Shown here: positions 35,040 through 49,838 of the stretch, in pieces
How the letters are laid out: every line of letters begins with the position of its first letter
How positions within the stretch are numbered: the first letter of the stretch is position 1
Source of the DNA: Octopus sinensis
Lineage: Eukaryota
Direction: 5' to 3'
Length of the DNA: 64,000 bases
NCBI RefSeq assembly: GCF_006345805.1
Contig: NC_043019.1
Span: 9,919,360 to 9,983,359, forward strand
Program-made: the position numbers and the translations under genes
Notes under the pieces: generated by a model
Databases searched by the model: none
Told to the model about the DNA's origin: nothing
Seen by the model: only the letters and a program-made list of their open reading frames with translations

Positions 35040-37733
35040 ACCCCTGCCCTCCCCTTGGATAACACTGGTGACTGTGGAGAGGGGAGATGTGTTGCATGTA
35101 CAGCTGTTGATCTCCTATGAAAAACTGCCCAGGCCTGCTGTAAACATTGCACCAAGAAAAACGAACAAACAAGCAAGCAACGCAAAGAAACCAGCATTCA
35201 GACTCGGATGTCGGAACATAAAGACTATAACAAATAGTATGTTAGAGGACATTCAAAAGATCAGCGACACACGCAAGACAACAGTGATCAGCAACGAGAT
35301 GCTACGATTCCGAGTGGACATTACATCACTCCAGGAAACGAGGATCCCAGATTCGAGGACCCTTTGTGGAAGAGACTATACGTTTTTCTGGCAAGGGAAA
35401 GGCATAGATGAAGTCTGAGAGCATGCTGTCAGCTTTGCTGTGAAGAACTCTCTGCTGGTAGAATTCAACAATGACGGTTCAGAGCGGATGCTCTCACTTC
35501 GATTGCACTCTTCTGATGGGCCTGTTAACTTTATCAGTGCTTATGCGCCAAACCTCTGTTCCTCAAAAGACGCCAAGTGTAAGTTTTATGATCAGCTCTC
35601 TAGGAAAATGCAGGTGATCCCACATGGAGAACAGCTGGTGGTACTTCGCTACTTCAACGCCAGAGTGGGAGCCGATCTCGGATCCTGGTCAGGGTCTCTG
35701 AGTCGGTAATGGGCCACAGTTACTTGAGCTCTAGATGCTTCACGGAGTATGGGTCACCAACATCTACTTCCAGGCCAAAGCTCACCACAGGGTCTCCTGA
35801 CATCACCCTCGCTCAGGGCACTGGCACCAGCTAGATTTGATTATTACAAGACGCAGCCACCTGAGGAATGTCTTCCTGACTCGGTCTTTTCAGAACGCTG
35901 ACTGCGACACACACCACTCCCAGGTTTACTGTAATCTCAAGCTCCAACCAAAATTGATGCACTGCGCTAGTCCCGCAAGCGAGCAGCGCATCAATGGTAC
36001 CGCAACTCAACAGGCAACTAAGGCATGCATTCCTCAAGACACTGGTAGACGCCCTCCTTGCAGATCCACCGGAAGGCAATGTTCAGCAGAGATGGGACTT
36101 TCTCAGAGACATCATCAATAGCACTGCACTGAGGGCTGCTGGGGGGAGGTGGAAAATGTCACAAGATTGGTTTGAGGCGAATGCGAAAGAACTCAATACC
36201 CCTCACGGAGGAGAAACGTGCTTCCCTGCTGAAGCACAAACACCAATCGTGTGGTCCTAAAAAGGCTACAAAAAATCGCTAAGAGGGTATACTCCGAATC
36301 TCAGTGCAGTTTCAGATCAAAACACCTCACCATCGACATGATCTTCGCTCTTCGACAGCTACTGGAGAAGTGTGAAGATTAAAGGCAACCACTCTTTATC
36401 ACCTTCATCGACCTCACAAAGGCTATTGGCCTAATCAGTAGAGACGGCCTGTTCAAACCCCTGCCAAGATTGGTTTTCTTGTAAGACTTCTCTGGATTGT
36501 CCAATCATTTTACGCGGGCATGAAAGGTGTCGTTCAGTTTCATGGCTCTTTTTCGGAGGTATTCAACATACGTAGCGGCATGAAGCAGGGCTGTGTGCTT
36601 GCCCTCGCCCTGCTTGGCATCTTCTTTGCAGTCATGCTGAAATATGCATTTGAGACATCAATTGATGGTGTTTTTACCACCAGATCAGACGGCAAGTCTG
36701 CTGAGGCTGAAAGTAAAATCCAGAATGTGCCAAATACTCGTCAGAGAAATGCTGTTTGCGGACGACACAGCACTGAGTGCGCACTCTGAAGAATAAATGC
36801 AGCACCTCGTGGACAAACTGTCAAAGGCCTGTCAGGAATTCAGTCTGACTAGAAGTCTGAAGAAGACCCAAGTAATGGGCCAAAATGTCAAGCACCCCCA
36901 CCCATTACCATCAACAACTACAAACCAGAGGTAGTCTATTATTTCACCAATCTCGGCTCTACCATCGCTGATGGCTCTTGGACGTCGAGATCAACAAGCG
37001 AATCGGACAAAAATCTTCCACATTTGCCAGGCTCACAAAAAGAGACTGGAAAAAAAACTGACTGCAAACACCAAGATTGCTGTCTATAAGGTGTGCGTCC
37101 TTTGTACGCTACTTTACGGCAGTGAGACGTAGAGCTTCAACTTCGGACAGGAGCGGCGCCTCAACGTATTTCTACTTCGTAATTTTAGATGCATCTTGGA
37201 TATCAAGCGGACTGACCACATCACCAACACCGAAGTCCTCAGCCGAGCCAAGATACCCAGCATGCTCACCCTACTCCAGCTGCGCCGTTTGCGCTGGTTC
37301 AGTCATGTACATAGCACGCCGGACGGAAGGGTCCCAAAAGACTTCTTGCATTGGGAATTGGCCACTGGCACAAGAGCACGTGGACAACCTAATCTTCATT
37401 TCAAGAACGTTTATAAGAGGGATATGAAGTCGCTTGATCTGGACGTCCTGAGATGGGAGGAGGTTGCAAATGATCAGCCACACTGGAGGCAAATACTGGA
37501 AAAGGGAATGAAGAGAGCAGCAGGAAAACAAGAACTCGCCACCAAAGAAAAGCGTACTCGACAGAGTGAAAAACTAGTTGCGCCGGCAGAGAGTTCCTTC
37601 GAATACAGTCACTGTATGCGTGACTGCTACTCCCGTGTACGCTTGTACAGCTACAACAGATGCTGCACCACCATCAGCAGCTGATACGATTTCTTCGGGT
37701 GCAGATTTATGACCTCTCGAGACTGACGAATGC

Positions 37734-37735
<2 letters not shown>
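35040..37735 (+). mobile_element. RTE (BovB-like) LINE, degenerate, internal deletion near 36250, (CTA)n tail at 37736-37785
   Basis: LQETR, YTFFWQGK, ISAYAP, FIDLTKA, GMKQGCVLA, RLRWFSHV, HCMRDCYSRVRLYSY. Confidence 0.88.
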
Positions 37736-37785
<50 letters not shown>

Positions 37786-38895
37786 GCGCACGCGCGATGC
37801 TAGATAGATATACATATGTAACGATGTATTAAAAGTTCTACCCTCGCATGTCTGGCTTTCGGCCGAATGACTCAAACAGAAAGATAGCTATTTGTGCTTT
37901 TATAATGTTACTGAATAAAGCAGGTCAAGTTAAAGCAACATATTTTCCCAGTATTATGTGTCATGACCCTTCTACGACCAGGAAAAGGATCAAGTAATCA
38001 ACTTATTCACATTAATTTCTGTGTGCGGAGACGAGAAAACAATAGGTTTAAGATTTGCTTGACAATGTTGAAGAACGTGGGTTTGGTTTCGAATCCTCAC
38101 TTGGTTTTTCTGTAGCTGTGCACACCTTCTCTCCCAGATAATTCGTTGAAGACAAATTACAATGACTAGAAAATTTGCAGGAATATGCACAAATTGAAAA
38201 ATGCAAAATTTGAAATTTGAATATGCAAAAATTGAAAAATGTTCGAAATTGTGGGTGCAAAATATCAAGTTGTAGATGGATGTGATGCGCAGCCAAGAGA
38301 AATAATGGATATCAGGGAAGAGAACCTGAGGTGAAGAATACAGTCAGTTATCTATTCGAGTTAGTCCGAATAGTTCAATGTCACTTTGCGTGCATCGTGT
38401 GCAGTCTGTGCTTTGAATTTGGGACTACGTTAAGTGAGCTCGAGCGTGATTCAGTAGTGAGTTGCGAGAGAAAGGTACAGCTGAGGACTTTCATTGAAAA
38501 GAGTTGAAGCGAGAAAGTACATTCTCAGTCCATGATATGTACATACTGTGTTAAGTGCCTTAAAATAAGTGCAGAGGCGAATTGAGTCCAGCGTTGTGGT
38601 TGTAGACATTTTCTGCAGTTAAGCAAGACAACAAATGCGTGTGATACGCTGTAGTAAGTACTTTAAAAGGAGTGCAGAGGCCAAGTGAGTTTGGTGTTGT
38701 GGTCATAGACAGTTACTGTGGGTAAGCAAGGACGAGAAAATACCAGTGACGCTGGTGCTTTGAGGACGACAGGTAAACTTTCTCTATGTACACGGTAACC
38801 AACTTGGCGTCTTACAGAGAGAAGCAAGGTACGTGACGGAAAGTGTGTGTGACCGTCAAAAAAGTTATGCTTGCGGGCTTCCATAATTTCAGTAT

Positions 38896-38966
<71 letters not shown>

Positions 38967-39124
38967 AGCAGTTAGTTTGATGTGGCGCTTCGTCTGCAGC
39001 TCAAATGTATGTCACGGCAAATGTGCAGAGATGCAATTGTGAAATCTGGTTGATCTATGGAGTGCATCGCAGTTGATTGCTTTGTTTGGTGGGATACAAG
39101 TGCGCTATGACCAGTTAAACGTTG

Positions 39125-40330
39125 GCTGTGGAATTCGATGCTCTGGTATACGAGCTTTATCGTTACATATCAGACTTGTTTGGAGGCCTCTTGGCAGATA
39201 TCTACTGCAAGAGGCAACAGAACAGGAGACTTCCCAGTCACATGAAATGTAGTGTGGTAGTGCTTCTGAGAAAGGATCCGAACAAGGCGGATGATTTTGG
39301 AAACTTTAGGCCCATACCTCTGCTAAATGCAAAATTGAAAATTTTGACCAAGGCGGTAGCTAAGAGGTTGGAATTTGTCAATACTCTGCTAGATGAGGCA
39401 CAGACATGCACCCTACCAAACAGATAAATCCGTAATAACCTCCACCTCACGCGATACATCATAGAAAAGGTGGGTAAAGAACCTGACACGGATGGGGATC
39501 TGATCCAGTTAGATCACTTGAAAGCGTTTGAATGGGTCGGCCATTAATAATTCGTAGCTGTTCTCAAGATGGCTGGTTTCAGGTCCGTCTTAAGAAACCA
39601 GATTGCTGCAATGTACAGTGACATTTGCTCAGTGGTCAGAGTAAATGGCCAATTGTCGGAACCGTTTAATATCATGTGCTCGGTCCATCAAGGATGCCCC
39701 CTCTTTTCCCTTCTGTACTTGCTGATTCTAGAGCTACTACTGCAGAAGTTGGAGGTTTAGTGGAGCATTCCGTGAGAATTAGAATGAAGAGGATCTGTCT
39801 TGGACTATGCCAACGACATCATCATAAAAGTGTCGGCCGCGAATTACATCGAAGTGATCGACATGTAGAGGAGCAGAAATTAACCAGATATTAGTTGGCA
39901 TGGGTGTAAGTGAAAATCCTTGGCTTAGCAGTGCTGCCGAGGGACATAAACAATACAGGCAAAGCACTACGACCAGCTGCGTCTTTTAGGGATGCGCGCG
40001 GAACGATGAAGCCGTGCTGCACGCACTCGTTTAGCGCTCGAGCTTTGCTGGCTTGTAAAGTTGTTGAATGTCTGCAGTCGAACAGTTCCGGCTATTGGCC
40101 AACTCTATCGTGAAGATCGCCTCGCTGTCTTTCTTTTGTCGGGAAGTGCAATCAGTTTTTCTCTGTCTTGTGGCGAAAGGGTTGAAGACGAGCAATTTCC
40201 TTGTAAAGTTTTATCTCTCAGAAAATTTGTTGAAGATCGGTGAATGTAGCGAGCATGGCCTGAGTAAATGGACCTACCCTGAGTATACGCCTGTAGGCAG
40301 AAATTTACGGTGGAGAGAGGAGCATTTACC
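39125..40330 (+). mobile_element. Tx1/L1-clade LINE remnant (RT and C-terminal region, internally deleted)
   Basis: LLRKDPNK..NFRPIPLLNAKLKILTK; VHQGCPL; NDEAVLHAL; LANSIVKIA. Confidence 0.78.
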
Positions 40331-40404
40331 ATGATACGCGTAGTCAGCAGGATGACTCGGGTTCTATGAGGTGGGGTTTTTATTATTAATCGTTGTTCTT
40401 TATG

Positions 40405-40558
40405 TAAGCTAGCGCACACCGGGCAAAATTCTTTGCCGCATTTCGTTCGTCTTTATGTTCTGAGTTCAAATTCTGTCGGGGTCGCCAAATTAAGTACCGG
40501 TGAAACACTGCTGACAAATTCCAGGCCTTGTGCTTTAGTGAAAAGGCTTATTATTATC
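40405..40558 (+). mobile_element. Degenerate short tRNA-derived SINE (family 2)
   Basis: gttctgagttcaaattc B-box, ggggtcg..aaattaagtacc, ggccttgtgc tail. Confidence 0.65.
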
Positions 40559-41254
40559 ATTAGGGCTGTTGGCCCTAAAAGAAAACTTAACTTGCATGTC
40601 TCAGCTGATTGGAGGAATGACTTTTTTTTTATATATATTATTAGAATCTAGAAAAGTAATTGTGAATGGGATTTGTCAATCGGATAAATTAATCTTCTAA
40701 GTTTCGTAGAAGAATAAATATTTAGAAAGTACAATGAAATAAAAATATTCAAGACGTATTCTAAAGCCATCTTCTTGTTTAGCGTTAACCAACATTGAAT
40801 ATTTAATTTTATTTGATCATAAAACCTTACTTTAGAAAAACAAAGCTGAGGACGAAAATTCTCCAATTTGAAATTGCAACAGAAGTTTTTAAACTATTAA
40901 GAATTGATGATAATGTTAAATGGAGAAATAAATTAGGTTAATGAGAATATAATTAGCACCATAAAACTATGCATAAACTGTAAAACTCACGTTCGCTGAG
41001 AGCGTTGTTCGTATTTGACTCATTTTCTGACGGCATTGTCAAGCTAGTGTTCGGCATTTTCTTTTACCTTCTGTTTGGTTTGAGAAATACAAAGTCTATC
41101 AAGAAAATCATCTTTTTTTTGTTTCTTTCTTTTCTGATTGTTTTTTTTTCCCGTTTCACGACTCTACTTTTTCATTTTTAACACCTTCCTGTTAAGTGAA
41201 AATAAATGAAATGCTGATTTGGTTTTTTCTGATTTTTCATAGAAACAAAGGAAA

Positions 41255-41290
<36 letters not shown>

Positions 41291-43039
41291 CGCGCGCGTG
41301 TGAGTGTGTGTGCGTGTGTGTGCGTGTGTGTGCGTGTGTGTGTGTGTGCGCGCGTGCGTGTGAGTGTGTGTGCGTGTGTGTGTGTGTGTGTGCGTGATCT
41401 ACATAATTTTACTAAGATGATGCTTTGTTGATATTGTTTAGCCGTATTTGAGCATCTGAATGAGTAAACTCCTGATCAAAGACATTTTTGCAAACAGCAT
41501 TCTGTCTATTCTGTGGTGCATCTAGGACTATGATATACTATGTGTCTTTCGTTTTTAACACATTGTGGGATAGTTTTAAGTTGTGGCTACTATTTCTAGT
41601 AGGCCGAGCGACCTCGTAGAGGCTTCCTCGTTGACTCGATACTTTGTTGAAACGATTTGGTTATTGCTTGTACAAAAACGAAAAAACAAGCTATTCATTA
41701 GAACTCAAAGATATTAGGATTCATGGATGCGGAAAAGTCACTAAGTTTCCGATTTAATTTGCTTTATTGCCACCAGACAAATACTGTGTGGGGGAACTTA
41801 ATAAAAGAACGTACGAAATCTTATCTGATTGTCGATACATTTTAAGTGAAAACGGCAACAGCCTTGTCAAAACATATACAGAAACTGGAACAAGAACGGA
41901 CAAGTTCGGTTCTGAAGACAAAGTTGGGTATTAAGGAATAAACAAATGAAGAAATTATTAATCATTATAATTCACTGCATTCTGGACTGATGCGAGTGAT
42001 TATTGTAGTTAGTTGTGTGCAGTGGTGGTCAGAGAATATAAAATACTTGATGGCTTTATTTCATCATTCCTTTTACAATATAACCACATTTGAAACTGAC
42101 GTATTATGAAGAATTAGCTGATATGGGGATTAAAAAAAACTGTAAGGGGATTAAAGAAAATTTCTACCTCGCTGGCTTTAATTCCGTAAAGATTTCTGTG
42201 ATTTAACACACACACAGTATCAATTAATTCCTTGCTTTGATTCTTTTTTATTGTTTTATTCATAGCCCATCGATGAGTACCGGTGAAATAAGTGCCCGTG
42301 ACATACCGAGTGCGATTTAATAGAGCTAAGTGCACACTAAAATCTATGCTTTTGAAACCTAAATTAGAAGTTATTGTTGTTGTTTATCGCAGAAGCACAA
42401 CGTGTTTTCGAATTTCTGTGAGTTTTGTCTTGTTTTCCATTTTGGAAGTTTAATTTTATTGATTTTATTGTTTTACTTTGCTATTTAATTCATCAGAACT
42501 ATAAAGGACTGGTCAATCGTTTTTGTTACTTGCCATAAAGCTTCGGTCAGCAACAGATGAACGTGGGAGGGGGTTTCGTTGGTCAAACAATTGTTTCTAA
42601 GCAACATCTCTTTTTACACAATCTTACAAATATTGTAGCGATTGAAAATAGTAGCAACAGCGTCAGTAGCAAGAACAACAGTAACAGCAATAATAAAAAC
42701 AGTAACAACAACAACGTCAAGGCAAGTCGATAAAATTACCTGTGGTAGAGAGAAAATCATTGCCCTTGCTACCACCTTTGTAGCAAAGAAGTGTAGTACC
42801 AGAAATAAAGTTGCCAACACCATGTCAGTGATAAACAATGACAGCAGCAACAACAACGAAAATACAACAGCAGCAGTAGTGAAAGTACAGTGAAATGGAA
42901 ATTCCTTTATTGGTGTTGCAAAACCTTTGATTTAGTACCACTGAACAACGATTTGCATTGTAATACCCATCACAAAACGATTAGGGCTAAGAACAAGTTC
43001 AGGATCCGCAAGAAGATTCGTAGTGCAGGTGTACGAGTA

Positions 43040-44613
43040 CCAAAGGGTATTGATTTATAGTAGCTTAAACAATCATAAGTTTTGCAGTTATTTCAGGAGA
43101 GATGCAACAACGTTCATTTTGACGGTTCATGGGTATCTTTTCGGGATAGAATATATAAAATGGGATCAGAGGTGTTAGGTTTTAAGAGGAGACAGCACCG
43201 AGACTGGTTAGATTCCAATGATATGGTAATAAATGAGCTTTTAGCAGCAAAGAGATCCACTCATGAAAAGCTTCTTGACCCAAACGTAAAGAACAATGTG
43301 CAACTAGAAATGTTGTACAAGCCTCAGAATGCAGGCTTGCAAAAAGAATTTGGGAGGCTAAAAGACATTTGTTGGAGAAATTTGTCTGAGGAAGTACGGG
43401 CGGCCTATGACATGAAAGACATTAAAGAGTTTTATAGTTTATTGCGACAAGCTTTTGGACCCCAGTCTTCCTCATATGTTCCCTTGAAGTCAAAAGATGG
43501 AAATGAGGTTATCAAAGATCCTCCTTGAATAATGAATAGATGCAGAGAACACTTTACAGATCATTTCCACTATATTTCTGTAGTGAACATAGATATCATA
43601 AACAACATTCTGCAAAGAGAGATAGTGCAATACATGAACAATACACCTTCCATTGAAGAAGTAAATCTAACATTATATCAAGTGAGATCAGGTAAAGCTC
43701 CTGGATTGTATAGTACTTTAGTTGAAATCTTGAAAGCACGTGAGGATCATATTTCATCTGAAATTCATAGCCTGATACCTTGAGTTTGGAATGAATCTTT
43801 TGTCACAGGAAAGGATAAATGGCATTCTAATCTCTATTTACAAGGATAAGTACCAAAAGCAGTGTGTAGTAATTCTAGAAAGATAACTCTCCTGGCACAT
43901 ACTGGGAAGATACTTTCAAAAATCATGTTAGATAATTTCGTTGAAAATGTGTGTCCACATGTGATTCTCGAAGAAAAGTGTGCTTTCAGACCTGAACGAG
44001 AAACAATGGACAAATTTTTTGCCTGGCAGGTTCAGGAGAAATGATTAGGGGAACAAATACCACTCTACCAGGTCTTCCTAGATTTACTAAGGCATTTGAC
44101 ACAGTAAACAGAGAGGCACTATAGATTGTTTTGTGTAAACTTGGTTGCCCAACACATTTTGTGAGCATCTTTAAGGGACTACACAGAAACATGAAAGCTC
44201 GGGTAGTCATGAATTTTTGGTGGACAACGGTGTCAAACAGAGAGATATTTCTGCCCCGACACTTTTTTCTATTTCTCTATTTTGCAGCATTGCTCTGGTA
44301 TGCTTTCAAGGATTGCAACAGGGGAATCGGAATCAGATTTCGGACATTTGGTCGTATTTTTAATTTGATCCGGTTTAACTGCAAAGTAAATACTTTCAAA
44401 ACACTTGTCAGAGAATTACTTTACTCTAATGATGCTGATTTGTTGGTACACTCAGTGGAGGTATATGCAACATATAATGGACAGATTTTCCACTGTATAT
44501 GTATATTTCGGACTCACAATTAGTCTTGGGAAAACCAAAGTAATGTTTACTCCTGCGCCAGGACAAACATATTCTAAACCAAACATTTTTGAGAATGGAA
44601 CAAGGGTGGAGAA
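43040..44613 (+). mobile_element. RTE (BovB-like) LINE fragment (linker plus RT), degenerate
   Basis: RRQHRDWLD, GKAPG, FLDL.KAFDTVNRE, LLYSNDADL, GLTISLGKTKVM. Confidence 0.85.
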
Positions 44614-45715
44614 TAGAACACTCAGAACCTGCCACACATATACCTTTCTCGCCAAGTATTTGGACGACATCCTAATCCTAACCTCATCTCAAGAAGACGC
44701 CTCCACTATATTGGAGAAGTTCAATAAGATAAACCAACATATTAGCTTCAACATTGAACACCTAACACTAATGGTTCCCCCATCTTTGCTCGACTTTCGG
44801 CTAAATATCATGGACGAGGGGAAAACTGATACGGTGTTCTACAGAAAATTAGCTTGCTGGGACCTCTTCATCTACTATAAATCAGCCCACCCTATCAAGG
44901 CCAAGATGATTTGCGCACATAACGAGATCGCCCGGAAACGCAAAAGATGCAGTGACAACACCAGCCGGGACGCACATGTTACTCAGTTCCTAAAGATACA
45001 GAAACACAGGTCAGCTAAACATCACAAGGGGGATCTCTCTAAAAGCTGTTTCCTGAAAATTCCTCACTGCAATGAGAATACCTCCTCCTCCATTTAGAAG
45101 ATTATCCGCAAGGAAGGTCTCGACATTCGGTTTGCCCATTCAGGAACACCGGCAATTTACTCATAAAAGAGGCTCTGCTGATCCACCGCCTCAACCAAAA
45201 AGATCGGAGTTGAACATCTCCCCTATGACAGCATCCGGCATGTGTTGAATGGCCCACAACAGCAGCTGAGATTTGTTTACACTAACACTCGGATAGTCGG
45301 CAGCATTTAAAGGGTGATTACTACTGTTACTGCTGCTACTACTACTACAGATGGTGTGTAGCTTATAGCAACAGTTGAGGGTTTGCATCAACGTGTGGAG
45401 CGTCGATTACACTTACGTTTGGAGAGTGACTGCTGCTGTTACATAATGCTAGGGAATTTGAGTTAACGGAACCTACAGAGCTGGACTTTTCTCAGACTGT
45501 TCTTTTCTTCAGATGATGGCCCTTTGCGCCTGAAATATAAAGGTTTTATTAAACTTTCCACATTGTAAGGAAGCTTTCTATTTTCTCTCTTTTCAGTTTT
45601 TCGATATTACAAGGCTTCAAGCGAACTACAACGCTCTTACACACACACACACACACACAAAAGAATGGAGAGTGCTGAAACAGGTAGTGAAGGGGAGGTT
45701 CAGGGGTAAAGTACG
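44614..45715 (+). mobile_element. Penelope-like element: RT C-terminal half, deleted GIY-YIG region and 3' terminus, copy 2
   Basis: KYLDDIL, LDFRL, FYRK..DLFIYYKSAHP, then the segment shared with 28756-29435. Confidence 0.82.
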
Positions 45716-46828
45716 AAGAAGACCATAAGGTCTTCCACATACCTTACTATTGAATTTTCCGCTTCTCTCCTCATTTCTGTATCCCCCAATTCCTTTATGC
45801 ATATCAATATATTAATTTTCAAAGACGTTCATCTCTCCATTCACTCACTCAATGTCAACATATCCTTATATCATCTGCAAACAACTGTTCTATTCCATAG
45901 TCCTGAAGGGCTCCCTATATCTATCAATGTTCTCAGTGTTCTGTAACAGATAAAGCTTACTCTACATAAAATGTATCTTTAATATTCTTTCCAACTCTTA
46001 TATCACTATATACATACATAGATATATATACACACACAGACACACACATATATGTATGTGTATGTATGCGTGTGTGAGTGTGCGTGCAAGCGTGTGTGTG
46101 TGTGCGTGCGTGTGTGAGTGTGAGCGCGCGGGCGTTTAAAATACACAATCCAAAAGTGTTCTGTGGTGGTCAGCGCCGGCAAAACTTTTATTATTTGGGA
46201 AAATGGGCAAAGAATGCAGTGAAATTTCCGTGGGAAGTTGAGTACATAGCGTTTTGGACAGAGTTCTTTTCCCAGCGTGATGATGAAAGAAAAGAAATAA
46301 AAGGCAACAGATTTTTATCTGCCTTTTGCTTGAGAAACTGGTTGCAAATGATCGGAAATGCAAGCTAGCATGAGTTTTATACCTAGAGGAAGTGAGAGAA
46401 GGAATGAGGAATGAGAAAAGAAAGAGAAGCGGGAGATGGTGAGTTGGAGAGAAAAACTGAGGTGAAAAGTGAGCTGAAGGATAGGAATAAGATTAGCGAG
46501 ACCTACATTTCTTAAATGTAGAGGAAATAAAACTCTTCTATCTTTCTTTTATTTTCCTGTTGTTATTTTTACTTTGAAGGACTCTGGCCGAAACGCCGGA
46601 TACTCCCTCATCACGGCGATTTCACTGTAATCTTTCTTTTACCTTAATGTATATGTGTGCACGTGTCTGTATGTGTATGTATGCTTATATACATATTCAT
46701 GTATGTCTATGTGTGTATAAATATATGTATATGTATATATATATGTGTGTGTGTGTATATATCTGTATATATATATAGAAATATATATATAATTATATAG
46801 AATACTTAGAGTTAATATATATATATAT

Positions 46829-47251
46829 ACTCTTTACTCTTTTACTCTTTTACTTGTTTCAATCATTTGACTGCGGCCATGCTGGAGCACCGCCTTTAAT
46901 CGAGCAACTCGATCCCGGGACTTATTCTTTTGTAAGCCCAGTACTTATTCTATCGGTCTCTTTTGCCGAACTGCTAAGTAACGGGGACATAAACACACCA
47001 GCATCGGTTGTCAAGCAATGCTAGGGGGACAAACACAGACACACAAACACATACACATACATACATATATATATATATATACGACAGGCTTCTTTCAGTT
47101 TCCGTCTACCAAATCCACTCACAAGGCTTTGGTCGGCCCGAGGCTATAGTAGAAGACACTTGCCCAAGGTGTCACGCAGTGGGACTGAACCCGGAACCCG
47201 GAACCATGTGGTCGGTAAACAAGCTACTTACCACACAGCCACTCCTGCGCC
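46829..47251 (-). mobile_element. Full-length SINE family 1
   Basis: Reverse complement of 55914-56326; 7-bp internal duplication ccggaac near 47190-47204. Confidence 0.92.
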
Positions 47252-47310
47252 TATATATATATGCATATCTATACATATATATCTACATACATATATATAC
47301 ATGTATCTAG

Positions 47311-47371
<61 letters not shown>

Positions 47372-47689
47372 CATACATATGCATATATGTATATACGTAC
47401 ACACACACACATATGTGAGATAATTTCTTTAATATTTATTAGAAATTAAAAGGCAAACATGGTTTAAATTTTCAATCCGGAAGTCTCTATCCCATCTAGT
47501 CAACTCGTTAGAAATAGGTGCTAAATATCCTTCAAATGGCATTTTCCCATCATAAATTCATTTAAAATGAAGGCCATTTTAAACATAATATTGATGCTAT
47601 GCAAAACACGTGTTGCTTAAGGCTGGAACCCTTTTGGTCAGAGTTCGTCTCTGTCGGAACTAACCTTCATCTAAATAATATCAGCGTTA

Positions 47690-47885
47690 CGAATGGAACT
47701 ATGCGTGAGCTTTACATAACTCGGTCGCTTGATCTGCTAGAAATAGCTACAATTTCCATCAGTTACATCCTGTAGCCATAAAATTGTGCTAGATATCCCT
47801 AAGATGACGCAACAATTACACTTGAAATACCTTTTATAATAGCTTTGCTTGACCAGGGTTGAGTTGGACCTAAACAACAACAGAG
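47690..47885 (+). mobile_element. Old interspersed repeat of a third family (related pieces at ~25060-25210 and ~1575-1730)
   Basis: Shared motif gat/catctgctagaaatagc..caa.t.tcc.tc and an end in gg.ctaaac(aac)n. Confidence 0.45.
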
Positions 47886-48625
47886 TTTTATGTTCTTCTC
47901 TAAATGTGGTTAACTGAAAGATAGAACCTCAGAAAACGAAACACACACACACAAAAATTACTAAATGAAGGCGAAAAATAATGAATAAAAACAAAAAACG
48001 ATCATCATAAACGAATTAACTCACAACTGTCTGGAATGTTCGTTTCCTTTATGAATAAATGAGCAGAAAGAATGAATGTCATCATGGATACAAAAATAGT
48101 TGGATGAAATCGAGCTGCAAACATACACACATACACACACACATACACACACTTACATATACATACATACATATATAATTATATATAAACACATACACCA
48201 CTTACAAACATGTGTATATGTATACACGATACATTTATACATATATCAATGTCTGTGAGGTATGTATAAGTTTATGTGTGTGTATTTGTGTGTGTGTGTG
48301 TGTGTATGTGTGTGCGTGTATGTGTGTGTGAGTGAGAGAGTGGGGAGGCAGAAAGGGAGAAAGAGAGAATTAGAAAAAACAAACTGATTGAAATAGAGAG
48401 CAAAACAAGGCCTAAATGGCGAAGTCCCAAAAGCTTGAGAAGTGGAGCTACATTTCTTCTTCTTCTTCTTTTTTTGTTGTTGTTGTTGTTTATGTAGTGA
48501 TCAAAGGTTTCGCTCTAGTAAACGCTGGACAAAGAATATTCAAGGAATGTGCACACACACACACGCGCTTGCGTCTATCTCTCTCTCTCTCTCCCATCCC
48601 TTTCTCTTTCTCTTACTCGATATAT

Positions 48626-48951
48626 ATTCTTTTATTCTTTTGTTTCAGTCATTTAATTGCGGCCATGCTGGAGCGCAGATTTTAGTCGAACAATTCGACT
48701 CTAGGACTTATTCTTTGTAAGCCTAATACTTATTCTATCGATCTGTTTGTCGAACTGCAAGCTTACAAGGACGTAAACACACCAACATCGGTTTTCAAGT
48801 GATGGTGAGAGGAGACAAACACAGATTCGCACACAAATATATACACATATATATAATATAGGATGGGCTTCTTTCAATTTCCGTCAACCAAATCCGCTCA
48901 CAAGGCTTTAGTCTGCCCGAGGCTATAGTAGAAAACACTTGCCCAAGGTGT

Positions 48952-48955
<4 letters not shown>
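48626..48955 (-). mobile_element. 5'-truncated SINE family 1
   Basis: gtttcagtcatttaattgcggccatgctggagc...cacttgcccaaggtgtcacg. Confidence 0.85.
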
Positions 48956-49001
<46 letters not shown>

Positions 49002-49454
49002 CGCGTGTGTTGAAGCATATTTTATTGTATCGTTCTGTTTTAATATCTTATTGATCAACACACTCACCGGTTCGATTTCCACTCATTTACTTATGTTTTC
49101 TAAAATTTTCGTTGCTTCTTGCCATCTCTTCAATAGTCGTTGACTCTGTCCGTTATCGGAGCTGCGTTCTTTTTGTTTGTTCGTGCACATGTGTGCGCGT
49201 CAGTGTGCATGTCTATACAAACATGTATGTATGTATGTATGTATGTATGTATGTATGTATGTATGTATGTATGTATGTATGTGTGTGTGTGTATGTATTC
49301 GTGCGCGTATGTATGTATGCGTGCGTGCGTGTGTGTGTATGCATATATATATGTATTCGTATATGTACGTTTGGATGTATGCATTCTGACTACATTTCTA
49401 TGCACCTTTTGCTGTAGATTAGATTTCTAGTCCACAGCATAAGGTGAAAAGTGG

Positions 49455-49720
49455 GTGCTTGTAAACACAAGAACGTGACATGCATTGGTGAAACATCTCG
49501 AAGCATTGCGCAGAGACTCAATAGACATCTGAGACAATATGATGACAAAAGACAGTCCTCCATACTCTACTAACATGCCAAAGATCAAAATGGAGGTACA
49601 TTGGGTCGACTTGACATCCGCATTTTATCCAAACACCCAAAGGACTCAACACTCAGACAAATACAGGATTACGTTCTCATAAATGAAACATACCCAGTAC
49701 TAAATAGGAAATATACATAG
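49455..49720 (+). pseudogene. GIY-YIG endonuclease remnant of a Penelope-like element
   Basis: CIGETSRSIAQRLNRHL...*HAK...LRQIQDYVLINETYPVLNRK, with one in-frame stop; below the ORF-track cutoff. Confidence 0.72.
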
Positions 49721-49838
49721 AAGGTAGTGATACCCCAATACCCACAGTATATATATACACAGGTAGATTTGCTACTAGGCTGTTAGGTAGATGTGTGTGT
49801 GTGTATATATATATATATAGGTATACATACATATACAT

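Noticed and set aside
38300-38885. Possible Tx1 endonuclease remnant on the minus strand
   Set aside because: Only a weak DH-like motif; not supportable by eye
46568-46600. ctttgaagg..ccgaaacgcc, resembling a PLE hammerhead
   Set aside because: Both the core and the cleavage triplet are degenerate and there is no stem I
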